Assembly: GCA_963924565.1 (NCBI GenBank)
Contig: OZ004607.1
Coordinates: 35,030,001-35,094,000 of the forward strand
Reading direction: 5' to 3'
Source: Ascidiella aspersa
Taxonomy: Eukaryota
Length of the DNA: 64,000 nt
Shown here piece by piece: positions 52,984 through 64,000 of the stretch (position 1 is the first letter of the stretch; the number at the start of each line of letters is the position of its first letter). The notes under the pieces were generated by a model. The model was not told the origin of the DNA and made no database searches. It saw nothing but the letters and a program-made list of their open reading frames with translations. The translations under genes were made by a program, and so were the position numbers.

Positions 52984-53983
52984 ATTAAAAACTATATTGC
53001 ATTGATCAAACCAAAACTCTCTTGTACATAACAGCTAAACATATTTCTGGGTAAACATATTTCTATCTTTCTATGCACTTTGCTCTAGTGTTTATCTTCT
53101 GCTTAAACTATCACCAACCCCGACAAAAGTGGCCGCTCCAAACACAATAAGTGTAAAGTTTCCCTGATCTTGCTTGACTGACTCGCCCAGTATCCTGATT
53201 CCTGACCCATAACAGGGAAGGGCACTTCTTTCAATTGCGGATATCCCACCGGGGAACATTTTGGAAAATATCTGTCGTGCAGTTTAAGCCAGAAGTATTT
53301 CGGTCTTTATTTTAAGCCATTAACTTCACTATACAATAAATGTATCGAACTTTACTTCGAATCCGTTATAACGAGTTCTCAATGCGAAAATCACTTTAAA
53401 CTTTCGAAAAGTTTTACTAACTTTATTACAATTAAAAAGTATTGTTAAACATAGCCTATTTTACCTACTTCTCAATGGTAAATAAAACCTTACTACAACT
53501 TCTAAACTTTCAAGATACAATTGTATTTTTTTCTGTAAACTTTTTAGCAATTAAGAAAAATTCTACGGCACCAATTAACATACATTTCGTAAATACGTAA
53601 AAAAAATCTCCTTTTAAGTGCCAAAATAGATTAAATGTCCGTTTGCAATACAAAACAAAACAACACTGGTCGGATATACATCTGCACTCACAGGTGTGTG
53701 ACAGCTCGCGCTTAGCAAGCCACAATGTATTTGAGACCTGTACAGCAGTGCGTGATATTGCTTTGGCTTTCTCACCGTGCTAAATGCACAATTGTGCAAG
53801 GGCGTAAATGTCAAAACAATTTTTTCAGGTACCTGTCTAATGATGTCACAATATGTCGTATTTTTGTGACGGCATGTTTGAATAGCCACCCCAATATTTT
53901 TTGCTAACTGCTTAAAAGCATTCCATTTTAAAAGCTAAAGAAACGCTGTAACACCCATTACTGCCTCATTACATTCTGTACAG

Positions 53984-54220
53984 CCGTGTTTTGCAACCTT
54001 TTCTAGTCGACTATTAAAATTTACATCAACACTTAAATTTCCCACAAAAACTCAAATCTGCTCAAATTTACTTTATAAGGAACATAAATTTACTTACAAA
54101 AAATAAAAAAAATCTTACTGCCAGCGCCAGCCGCTGATTTCGCTAAAACACCAAAATACATTTGAGGGGTCGCATACCACCCTTAATACACCTTGGCGTT
54201 CCACAGGTTGCGAATCACTG
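53984..54220. mobile_element. hAT-type MITE
   Basis: TIR ccgtgttttgcaacct / aggttgcgaatcactg, TSD ctgtacag/ctgtatag. Confidence 0.78.
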
Positions 54221-54605
54221 CTGTATAGTAGGCTAATCAATGATCGGATAGACCCAATACAAGGTAATTTGCCGTCTATACACAATGTATACAGCATACA
54301 GCTATAACGACTGAGAAATACTTCCAGCTACGGAAATCTTGACGTCATAGACTCGGTAACAATGCGCTGGATTGTTCTTTGGAACAGGTCGATTGTGGGG
54401 GTTATGAAGCCGGCACGCGGAAACGACAGCCGTGCGTTTATTCGGGCTGCTATGATAAGCGCTGCAATTGTGTTGATACTATTGGAAGAAAAACAGTGAT
54501 CTAATGACGCCGGCTGTTCCCAGTCAGTCGAGTATGCAAATTTGTTTTCCAGGAAAATTGGGTTGAATTGTTGCAGTTAAACCAAGTTAACGTTACCAAT
54601 TATGG

Positions 54606-54791
54606 CAGTGTTTCGCGACCTTTTTTGGCCTGCGGCCCCCTACTGAAATTATAAATAGTTCGCGGCACCCTTGCTCGTATTTTTGCTGAGTGGTTAACTG
54701 TAGCTTTACAATAAACGAGATTTAAACAACACATTAACTGTGCAACAAGGTTGAAAAAAGCCTTTTTATTTATTGGCACTTTTATCGTACA
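54606..54791. mobile_element. Truncated inverted copy of the 32428..32746 MITE
   Basis: aaatagttcgcggcacccttgctcgtatttttgctgagtggttaactgta is the reverse complement of about 32652-32701. Confidence 0.8.
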
Positions 54792-57666
54792 CTTGTATCG
54801 AAACGACCGCTAAAGGCCTGCCCACTAAACTAAAGTTTCTAGAATTTGCGAGTTTCTAAAAATTTAAAGCACAGATACCCTCAGAATGTGTTATTGATTT
54901 CATCATAAAACCAAACATATAGTGATCGACGAGGTTGTACTCTTTTTGTACGTGGCCGTCGAGTTAGGAACCTAACTTTGCCGCCAACCACCGGAAACAC
55001 AATAATCGTCATTTTTTTTACAGTTGTTAGGTTATTCCTACACCGGGTTAGTTTACTTTAAATATAGCGAAGAAAAAATCACGAAGATTTCTCGAGAACT
55101 TAACCAACGCATAATGTCGTAGCTCACAACCAGATGCAATACTTAACTTCAAAGTCCCCACGAGCTTCGCACGATTAATAGGGTTTGCTCGAGACCAACA
55201 AGTGTTTTTGTGATTAATTGCTTTTTGTGACGTTACGTCATGACCTAGCTTTGTGTCGTGTTACATAAAAACTTCCATGGTCCCTCAAAGAAAAATCCGG
55301 GATACGCCCCTGCCCTGACCAAAAGGGTCGCGAAAAGTTTAGTTAATCAAAAGCGGTCCAAAATAAAGCTTTTGACAACCTCTTCACTCATTCGCTAAAT
55401 GGAACACCATATATCGTTCGGTTATAAACATGTCATAAGCACTCGACCAAAAGTCGCGAAAATTGTGTCGCCGTTTGATTTGATTGGCTGGCCGACTGCA
55501 CTTGTTCACATAGTAAGATTTATTTAGATTTGTTTCGGGCGAGATTGCTTTAACGTTTGTGGGACAAATACGAAAACATGATCTCATTATTTAAATTCGA
55601 AATTCTTTATGCAATTTTTATGCAGTGTTCAATTTCAGTAAAGTAAACTTGATCGCCAAAGCTTCGCGCTAATACTTAAGCTTAGTATATCAATTAAGCT
55701 TATATGATTAAAACTCTCTTACCTGACAAACTTAAATATTTTCGGTTTCCTTGACTGAAGTAACGCTTACATTACTAGTTGAAGTATTTTATACAAATAT
55801 TATTATAGTTAAGCATAACAGAAATATGTTCTCTAAAGCTTAACGCTTATATTATTACTTAACATTACACCAACAGAATTACCAGTAACTCTAAATCCAA
55901 ACTAATATTATTGCTAAGTGAAGAGTTGAAAACGCCAATAACATTGCTAAACTCTAACATCTGAATGGTTTCTGATCATTGTACTATCACTTCATTAATA
56001 CCAACGGTAAAGTATTCGAATATTATAACTGAGCAGTAGTGCTGATGAATTTTATTTCCTTTTGTTCTGTCTGTTTATTGTCTTCCAGGAAGCGTCCGGA
56101 AAACCAGTCGATGGGGAATTTCGTTTGTCAGCGCCAAAACAAAGGCGTTCGTTTAGCGTTTGAAAAACTGTGGTGCGTTACAACGCGAAATTGTTACTTT
56201 ACAATCGTCAATGTAAGAAATTGTTTCATTCTTATTAAGTTTGAATTTAAGTCGTTTGGAGTTACAACAGATTTATAAACTTGTCCTCTTTAACAAATTT
56301 ATCCTACTGTATATTTTAGTACAGTAGAAAGATAGTTAGCTTACTTCAATAGATTAAAAAATATTTTTTTCGAGTTTATAAACATGTCCAATCAGTAAAT
56401 TCCCTGAAAACTCACTTATCAACACTCTTTCGACAAGCTTATTGCACGATAAGTTATAACGAATAAATGACGATATATCGCCACCCTATGGCAGAAACTA
56501 AAAATTATTTACCCGCTAGAGGTGACAAAGGCCGTCAAGCGACAATGCGACAGAAAACTAAACTATGTTACGCTTTTTTACGTTGTTATCTTCTGTGCGA
56601 ACTTCCGAGCAATATTCGACTTTAAAAAGACGAAGTATGGCGATACACAAAAGTAAATGGTCGTTAGCTGCCTGAGACCTTTCCTACTATATTTTGTTTT
56701 CCTTTAGCCATTTTCGTCGTTTTCTTTATTTAAAAAAGAACTGAAAGCAACAATATTCAAATGAATGACTTTCGCTCCAAGCCGACAGGATAGGTAAAGT
56801 TTGAGCCACCCTAATTAAAAATATCTAAGCTACCAAATTAAACTTCAAAGACTGCAGAGTATTTCATATGGAAAAATCAGTTTTTCAAGCAAATCAATGT
56901 ATTTTTCTTTGAATTTTCGTTTTTTACCTTCCGTAACAATTACTTAAGTCCATGACTTAACTTGAGTGCACGTATCCCATAGTTTTCAAATTATCTGACT
57001 TGACTTAAGTCTTTTGGGTAAAATGACTTAAATCACCCGAAATAAACGGCAAATTTGAATGGGAATCCTATTTGGATTCTAACTCAAGAATTTAATAATA
57101 CCATGTTTCGCACCTCCATTACACAAGTGTACCCTGATGAACCCAACTGCCATCAAGATCTATATTTGATGCCTTCCTATTAAATCGTCGCTATCCTATA
57201 TTTGTTTTATCTTGCCTTTTCATTTCTCACGCATTCGTGTGTTGTGACGTTAATTGATTATTACTGGACAAAAATCACCAAATGCCAAGGAAGTTGGCGA
57301 ATCATTAAGGGGGCTGCTTTATTGTTGTGTGATGCAAATGAGAACAAAAAACTGGAAAATAAATAACTGGAAAATATTGGAAAATAATAAAGACCAATTG
57401 TCGGCGAAGTCGGCTTAAATTTAAAACAGCCTAAGTCCGAGGCTTGAGGTTGACTTTGGTTGAATAAATAAAATCGACCTATAGCCAAATTAACGCACTC
57501 CATTGGGTTCTGTGTCTTCCGCTTATACTCCATAGCCTTGTTATTCCGCGCATCCGCGTAAAAAACAGATAGGTGTATAGCAATCAACTCAACCACAACA
57601 TTGTTTGAAAGTTTTCCGCACTATCTATCTCGCCTTTTCGATCTGCAGCCTATACAGCTTTATCGC

Positions 57667-57965
57667 CAGGGTTGTAAAGTCGGTTAAAAATAAGCCGAAG
57701 CCGACTTCGGCCAAATAAATAAACCCGAGTCCCGAGTCTGACTTCGGCCAAATGTGCGATTTTGTCGAGTCCGACTCTACAGCCTGTATTTTACCCTTTT
57801 ACGTATTTTAGTTAAGGTAGATATACCCACCTCATCCAACCACACCACATGATTGGAAAGTATTCAACCATGTATTCAATTCCACCATAACAATTTGCAG
57901 ATTGTGGCGCTATCTGTTTGGAAATTTTAAACTGCGCATGTGCACTTCGGACTCGGGTAGTCTTA
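57667..57965. mobile_element. Truncated copy of the 23850..24257 MITE
   Basis: cagggttgtaaagtcggttaaaaa..ccgacttcggccaaa..acagcctgtattttaccc is shared. Confidence 0.78.
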
Positions 57966-60900
57966 CGTGTTCTTACTGTTGGGTTAATTTTTTACATTGT
58001 TTTTTTTTTATTAAAGGAATTATCAACTATAAGGAAATATTTTTTAGAATATTACCCTACTAGATTACAATATTTGTGTAAATGCTGAAGAACTGTACAG
58101 AAGAAATAGAAATAAAGAATTGTTATAAATTTGGAAAACCTATCACCCAATTTGTTACTTTGGTTTTCAGTATTCTAACTCCCCTGACGTAATTCCTGAA
58201 AAACCTTGACAATATCGATGAAGAAAGTCGCCGTCTGTTGCTCAGCTCACATATGTGACCAGGTAATTATCAGAATAAAAAATAGAATATCATTTCGCAA
58301 AGAAACATTAAAAAGCGAGTATTAGTTTGTCAGAGCTAGGCAACTTCGCCGAAAAATCATTTAATTACTCAAATTCTCCGCGTATGTGGCCAACTAATAC
58401 CGTAATTAAATCGGACCTAACGCTTATTGGGAGATTAAAACGACGCTTCTTCTCATTCGCGACCTTTGTATTGCCTTCAACAAACGTCAACATCCGCAAT
58501 CCTTTTCGGCAAGATTTTGCGCGGGCCCAAAGCAATCCCGAAGCAAATCCAACTTGCGCGTAACAATGCACCTCCATTGTGACGCTACAGATTAAAAGAT
58601 GACGTCATGCCGGTATGCTGTCCGGGCAAAATCGCGCGGCCTCAAAGCTGTTTACAGGCGCTGGCGGCCACGTCCGTCTGTGATAGGCGTCCTGTGTTGT
58701 GCATACAAACACTCTCCGGATGCATAGACATCCTCTATGTGTGATGCCGCTGTTGCTGCCGTCCAAACCTCTCGCTAATGATAGATCAGCATCAGGTTCA
58801 AGTCGTCAACTTGTTTTAGCGCTCATCAGAGCACCAGCAGTTACTCGCCATCGGTTAGTTGTAGCCATTGACTGGGCGGAGGAGGTTCGCCTGATCGGAC
58901 ACAATGAGCTCACAGTCTACCGACTGATGCTGGATGTACGTCCCCTGATCGCTATTTAATGAGTTGTGCGCTATCTGCGATAGAGTTTGTGTTTTTAGAG
59001 TTCATTTTTAACGGCTGTTGTACTCTTAACTATTTGTGAAGACAAGGAGTTGATAGTTTCGGGGTGAGATTGCCTGATGGACGCCGGAAAGTAGTGTTTA
59101 TAATTTCAATGAAATATGGGCTTAGGCTGTCCAATGTGTTTTTTTAGTGTAGACAAGGGTAGCTGTGTTCCGGTCATTAGTCGCTATTTCCATTCTAAAA
59201 GTTTTGCAGTTTTGTTGAAACTTAGAAACCCTTACCATGGGCAAGTTTAATCTAAAAATAAACGTACATACACCTTCCATAACATGAAGACACTTCGGTT
59301 GAGGGTTTAATCTTAATAAGAATCGACAAAAGAGTTCCACAATAAATAATCCGCCGCACTGTCAACAGTTATAAACCCTGCAGATAACGCAGATGTTTAT
59401 CAACAGATACAGCTCTGCCTTCGCAGATAATAAATAATGAGTTTGCTTTTAAAGGCTGAAAACATTTCCCTTTAACGCACAAGCGCAAATAAAGACACCT
59501 CAGCAATTCTGTTCCATGAATGTTTGAATCTAAAAACACGATAGAAGGCAAATCGAGTTTTAAATGTGTTTTTCTTTAAGCGCTCTATATGCAAAAAGTC
59601 AAAAGTTTTTAGCTGATTTGTCGGCGTTCGCCGTAAATCTTGACCAACGAATTTTGGAAGAGTTTCACTGAACGTCTTTTAACGAAAACGCTAACAAATT
59701 AGAATTAAGCATTTTTAATTGATAGTTGAAACTATACATTTTGGGCTATTTAAATGAAGTGTTACTCATTTCGTTTAAGTAACTTGTAAGACTTTTTGAT
59801 TTGGGTCCGGTTTGTGACGAAAAACATTGATTGGAAGTTCCATAGTTTAAGCCATTTTCCAATAAGTTTTGTTTTTTCGTCATTAAGTTCCATTACCTTA
59901 TCACATTTTGTAATATTTCGTTTGGGGCGATGGCTTCAGAAATCTGGGCGCAGCTTTAAAAGATCCCAATCAGTGTGTTTTTCCCAGTTTTTACTGAATT
60001 TGTTTTTACGGCAGCAGGAGGCTCTAAACTCAAAAAAACAGTCCCAGTGCGGTTCGGGAATTAACTGCGATTGTATCGCTTTCATGGAAATGCACCTTTG
60101 GCCTTATCGCAGTCGTCTGTCGTCAGGGCTGTTTGTGATCTCACAGAAGATGCGTCGCGCGCGCGAGCATTCCGAACCAGATGAGATTGCAATGGACGCG
60201 ATTCCGCCTTTTCCGGATTTCCGGTTCTGCGGATTAGGCGCGCCGCCCATTTGTAAACGGGAAGCACTTATCGCGTTAGGACTCGAACGGCGATTAGCTC
60301 GCGATAATTTCGACCAATCGCCGCCGAGAGATGTGTCACGTGCGCGGCATCGAGGTAGTATTCCGTCTGCTGAACGCTTTTGGAAATGTAAAAACAAATT
60401 CTTGCAGACTGCTTTTTAGCGCAAAAATCTAAATGTCTATATTCATAAATGATTTGATATAGAGACATAAAACAATAGAAAGGCTGTAAAAAGACGCTAA
60501 ATCGAATTCGGTTATAAAGTCTGCTGTATATTAAGCGGGACACATAGTGCATTAAATTGGTAAAACTTTCATTTTAAATGGTATTTGACGCATTAAGCAC
60601 AAAAAAGGGACTCGCATATTTTTTTATTTAAATTTTAAAATACATCAGTCAGAATACACCGGTCTTGAGGTTTACGGTTGTGAAAATGCAAAAATATATG
60701 CAGTGTGAAGGTTTAATTGAAAAACGTCTTTCGAATCTTTATGATTTGCTTAAGCCGGCGCGTTTTATCTTTAATACAAACAAATTTGAAAGAAAAAGTT
60801 TAATTAAAACCCGTGTTTGATTAAGCATCATTACTCATGCGTATACCGCTTAAACAATATGTTAAAAATATCAAAATAATTCGCTAAAAACGTTTTATTG

Positions 60901-62222
60901 AAAAGTTTTTTAAAGCACGTTAGGCTTGCTTAACGCCAGTGCGTTTGGTTTAATTATGGCAAAATAAGCAGGGGAAAAAGTTGGGTTTATTAGCACTATA
61001 GTTTCACACGCGTTTAAGTTTTTCACACTATTTTTTCGATTTTGAGATTTATTTTTGTACCTTTGAAAGTCATACCTTGGAAAAAGAATGTAAAATCAAA
61101 CCGAAACATATATAAGTTTAATTAAATCACAACCTTAAAAATTGGTCACGAAAGTACTTCTTCTCAAACTTTAGAATAACAGTGTACTTATAATGTGTAT
61201 GTAAATGAATAAACCTACTTCAGGGTGCAGTTGACTCGATGTACCTTACGGTCTTTCGCTGCATCCTGGAACAAACAACTGTAATTTTTTTGGTAAATTC
61301 GTATTGCGTTCTAGTTAAATCTATCTATCTATCTATCTACTATAACTTGGACTTAGAGTCTTAGATAATAATAATTAACAACTAGAAACGTAAAAAAGCC
61401 AAAACGTTTTGTTCTGAAACCATAGACAATTACAAATTTGTTTTGATAAGCATATGTATCCGAATTTTCTCGTTTAAATTTTTAGTTTACTTTAAGATGA
61501 AACGGGGAGACAACACACCTACGTTTGGCGCGCTTATAAAGAGATCCAAAACAGATTGGTCGGTAGTGGCATTTCGTGTACGCAAATAAAATCCTATAAC
61601 CGCCGCCGAACGCCAAACCGTTCACGTTCATTTCTCTTACGGCGCTCTAAGGCGATATTCCCGTAAACATGCAAAAGTTCCGGTGTAAATAAACTGAGCG
61701 GAGCAGAAACGTGTACAACCCTGGCGACCTTGCGGCCGGCGCGGTTGCTGTTCATGCAGGAGTTTTCTTATTAGCGTCTGCGGCGAAGCTAATAAATACA
61801 CATCAGGCCAGCGTGTTAAGATATCGTCCATCGCAATCAAAACTGTAGCGTGGTTCTTAAACAGCGAAATGTGCCCGCAATAATCCTATATTAAGATATT
61901 TATGAAATAAGCTTTATTCGATGTAAATTAGAGCGTCGTGGTTGCGTCAAATAAATAGTTACTATACGTTTTTAGCTTTACTTGTTTTTGGTAAAGATAT
62001 CGTAGAAATTGAATATAAATAACAAGTCAAAATCGGTCAAGTAAATCGAAATAATTTGAAAGAAAACGTTACACTATAGAATATAGTCAATTCTAACTGA
62101 TTCTGATGCAACTGTACGCATCGAAGCGTTCTTCTAAAGATGATGTCGATTTACTCGACCCATATTTGTTTGTGTTATTTATTCTATATCTACACCGCAG
62201 TGTTTTTCACCCATGGGGCGGC

Positions 62223-62613
62223 TAGAGATGTCCGATACTCGACATTTTATTCCGATACTGATACCCGATATTTTTCTGGAGAAGGTATCGCGATTTGATC
62301 CGAAACTAAATAAATGACGTCATTACTATGCTAAAAGAAAAAAGTTTAATCGTTGAAATGCATTGTTTTGCACCTATTATGCACAACTTTTCTTCAGCGT
62401 TAGGAAGTTTCCTTCAGTTGGTAACCTACTGTTTTTGATAAATTAATCCTAAGATAGAATCGCTTAATTGGAGCGCAAATTATGGTTAAAATTCTTGTAT
62501 TAGTTTGGTATCGGATCGACGCCGATACCACCCTAGTATCGGGGGAATATCGATACCACCACTTGGCTTTCGGTATCGGCTCCGATCCGATCCGATATTA
62601 TCGGACATACTTA
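62223..62613. mobile_element. CCGATA-repeat MITE, most complete copy
   Basis: TIR tagagatgtccgata / tatcggacatactta, many ccgata(c) subterminal repeats and internal aaatgacgtcatt. Confidence 0.78.
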
Positions 62614-64000
62614 GTCGCCGTTTGATTTGGTTTGGTCCGAAAAAATAGCACCCTACCCCAGTATCGGACGAGTTTCGATACTATTACTTGGCATCAGTAT
62701 CGGATCCGAGCCGATAATATCGATCATCGCTATTGTTTACTATGTTTAATACCCCGCTTCCAGATTTCGTTTTTTTAACACAAAAACACAAAATAAGGGC
62801 AGAAAAATATACATTTTTTAAAACGAACACGTTGAACAACCTCAAAGTTAAAAAGGCACAACGATATAATCTATTGCAAACAAGCCTTGCCAATTTTAAA
62901 AGAGATCACTTAAACAAAGCTATTAATAGCGCTGTGTGAGCGCGAAACTAAAACGGTTTAAATTCGCTGGATAAACATGACTTGTTTTGCTTGATTAGGG
63001 GTTGAACGAAAACAAATAAACTGCATCAAAGCTGGGCCTTGTTGCGATCGCGATTTTGCGCGGCCATGCCTAGTTGCAAGACTCTAAGCGCATTCGAATA
63101 GGACAGGAGAAACACACGCAAATAAATAGCCGCTGCCACAATAGAGCCATTCTCCGCCAAACGAAACATTAGATCCGTGCACATAAAAGGAACATTTGAT
63201 TCAATTCGGTTCTACTTCAAATAAACCATTTTTGCGAAACAAGCTTCAAAGATTATAATTGAGCCCCGGAAATATATTTTCAATTTAAAGAAATGTTGTC
63301 TTTTATTACGCGGTTCAACCAAAATAAACCAAGCAATACGCGTCGCTATAAAAGTCCGGTTTTCGAGCTGGTTGGAACATCTTCTTTATCCTAACGAACG
63401 AGAAAATCGCAGTTTTAGTTAGGCGCCCTGATAAGTTAGTCTTAAGTTTTGACATCTGTATGATAATGATATAAAACACTTTAAAAATAGCAGTGGTCGA
63501 CAAAACCAATCCGTGTGTTTGTTAGTCTCTGTGAGTCTTTATGAATAAAATCCACGTTAAATCGACCAATTTTACATAGTTGGGAACGTAGTTTGAGCAG
63601 GTTTGGGTTTATTCGTTAACGAGGCCTGTTTTATCAGTTTGAATTTGTTTTGCGGTAAGGTAGACCGCAACATTAGTCTAATTGGATGTATTTTTGCATT
63701 CATTGGGAAACATTGATGCGCAACTAAGTATTGTCCGTCGGACAATCAGCAATATTTGATTGGATTGCTGCATCACCACGAATTAAGCACTTGGCCAAAA
63801 CGCTTGGCCAAATTAACGCCGTTAACTAATAAGTATGTTAAGTGGTTTTAATCGCATTGCAATTTTAAATACTTCCGGCTAAGCTGAAGTTATAATTTGT
63901 TCTGATACTTTGGATACCTCAAAGTCGGTTGCGTGGCCGCTACGTATTATCCTGCAGTTGCTATACAGTTGTGATACTTGGGTAAAAGCGAAAAAACTAA

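Noticed and set aside
59796-60419. Longest ORF in the track (207 aa)
   Set aside because: Non-ATG start, no domain-like motifs, F/S-rich AT segment fused to a GC island, and no supporting splice structure.

Overview
Eukaryotic, AT-rich genomic DNA (roughly 37% GC by eye, CpG not obviously depleted) from an invertebrate animal. The intron sizes and repeat content would fit a tunicate, but the sequence alone cannot establish that. Two spliced, convergent protein-coding genes can be assembled with consistent splice phases. (1) The last five exons of a short (type I/II-like) coronin lie on the + strand: join 1177..1322, 2756..2819, 3759..3876, 5100..5236, 6360..6500, with the 5' part outside the window. 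(2) A complete GT31 (Galactosyl_T, beta-1,3-glycosyltransferase) gene lies on the - strand: join 27143..26971, 23412..23266, 18441..18263, 17503..17278, 14614..14377, 13273..12815. It gives 473 aa, or 414 aa from the downstream ATG at 23408. The remaining ~37 kb (27.3-64 kb) has no recognisable coding exon. It mixes many short non-autonomous DNA transposons (MITEs of several families, many with 8-bp hAT-type TSDs) with CpG-rich, enhancer-like islands. Notable points are duplicated splice acceptors in two consecutive coronin introns, an intronic tRNA-like Pol III unit, and at least 19 TGACGTCA palindromes partly spread by MITEs. I found no transposase, CRISPR array, rRNA or prokaryotic system, and no clearly novel multi-gene system. 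Almost all ORFs in the supplied track are spurious.
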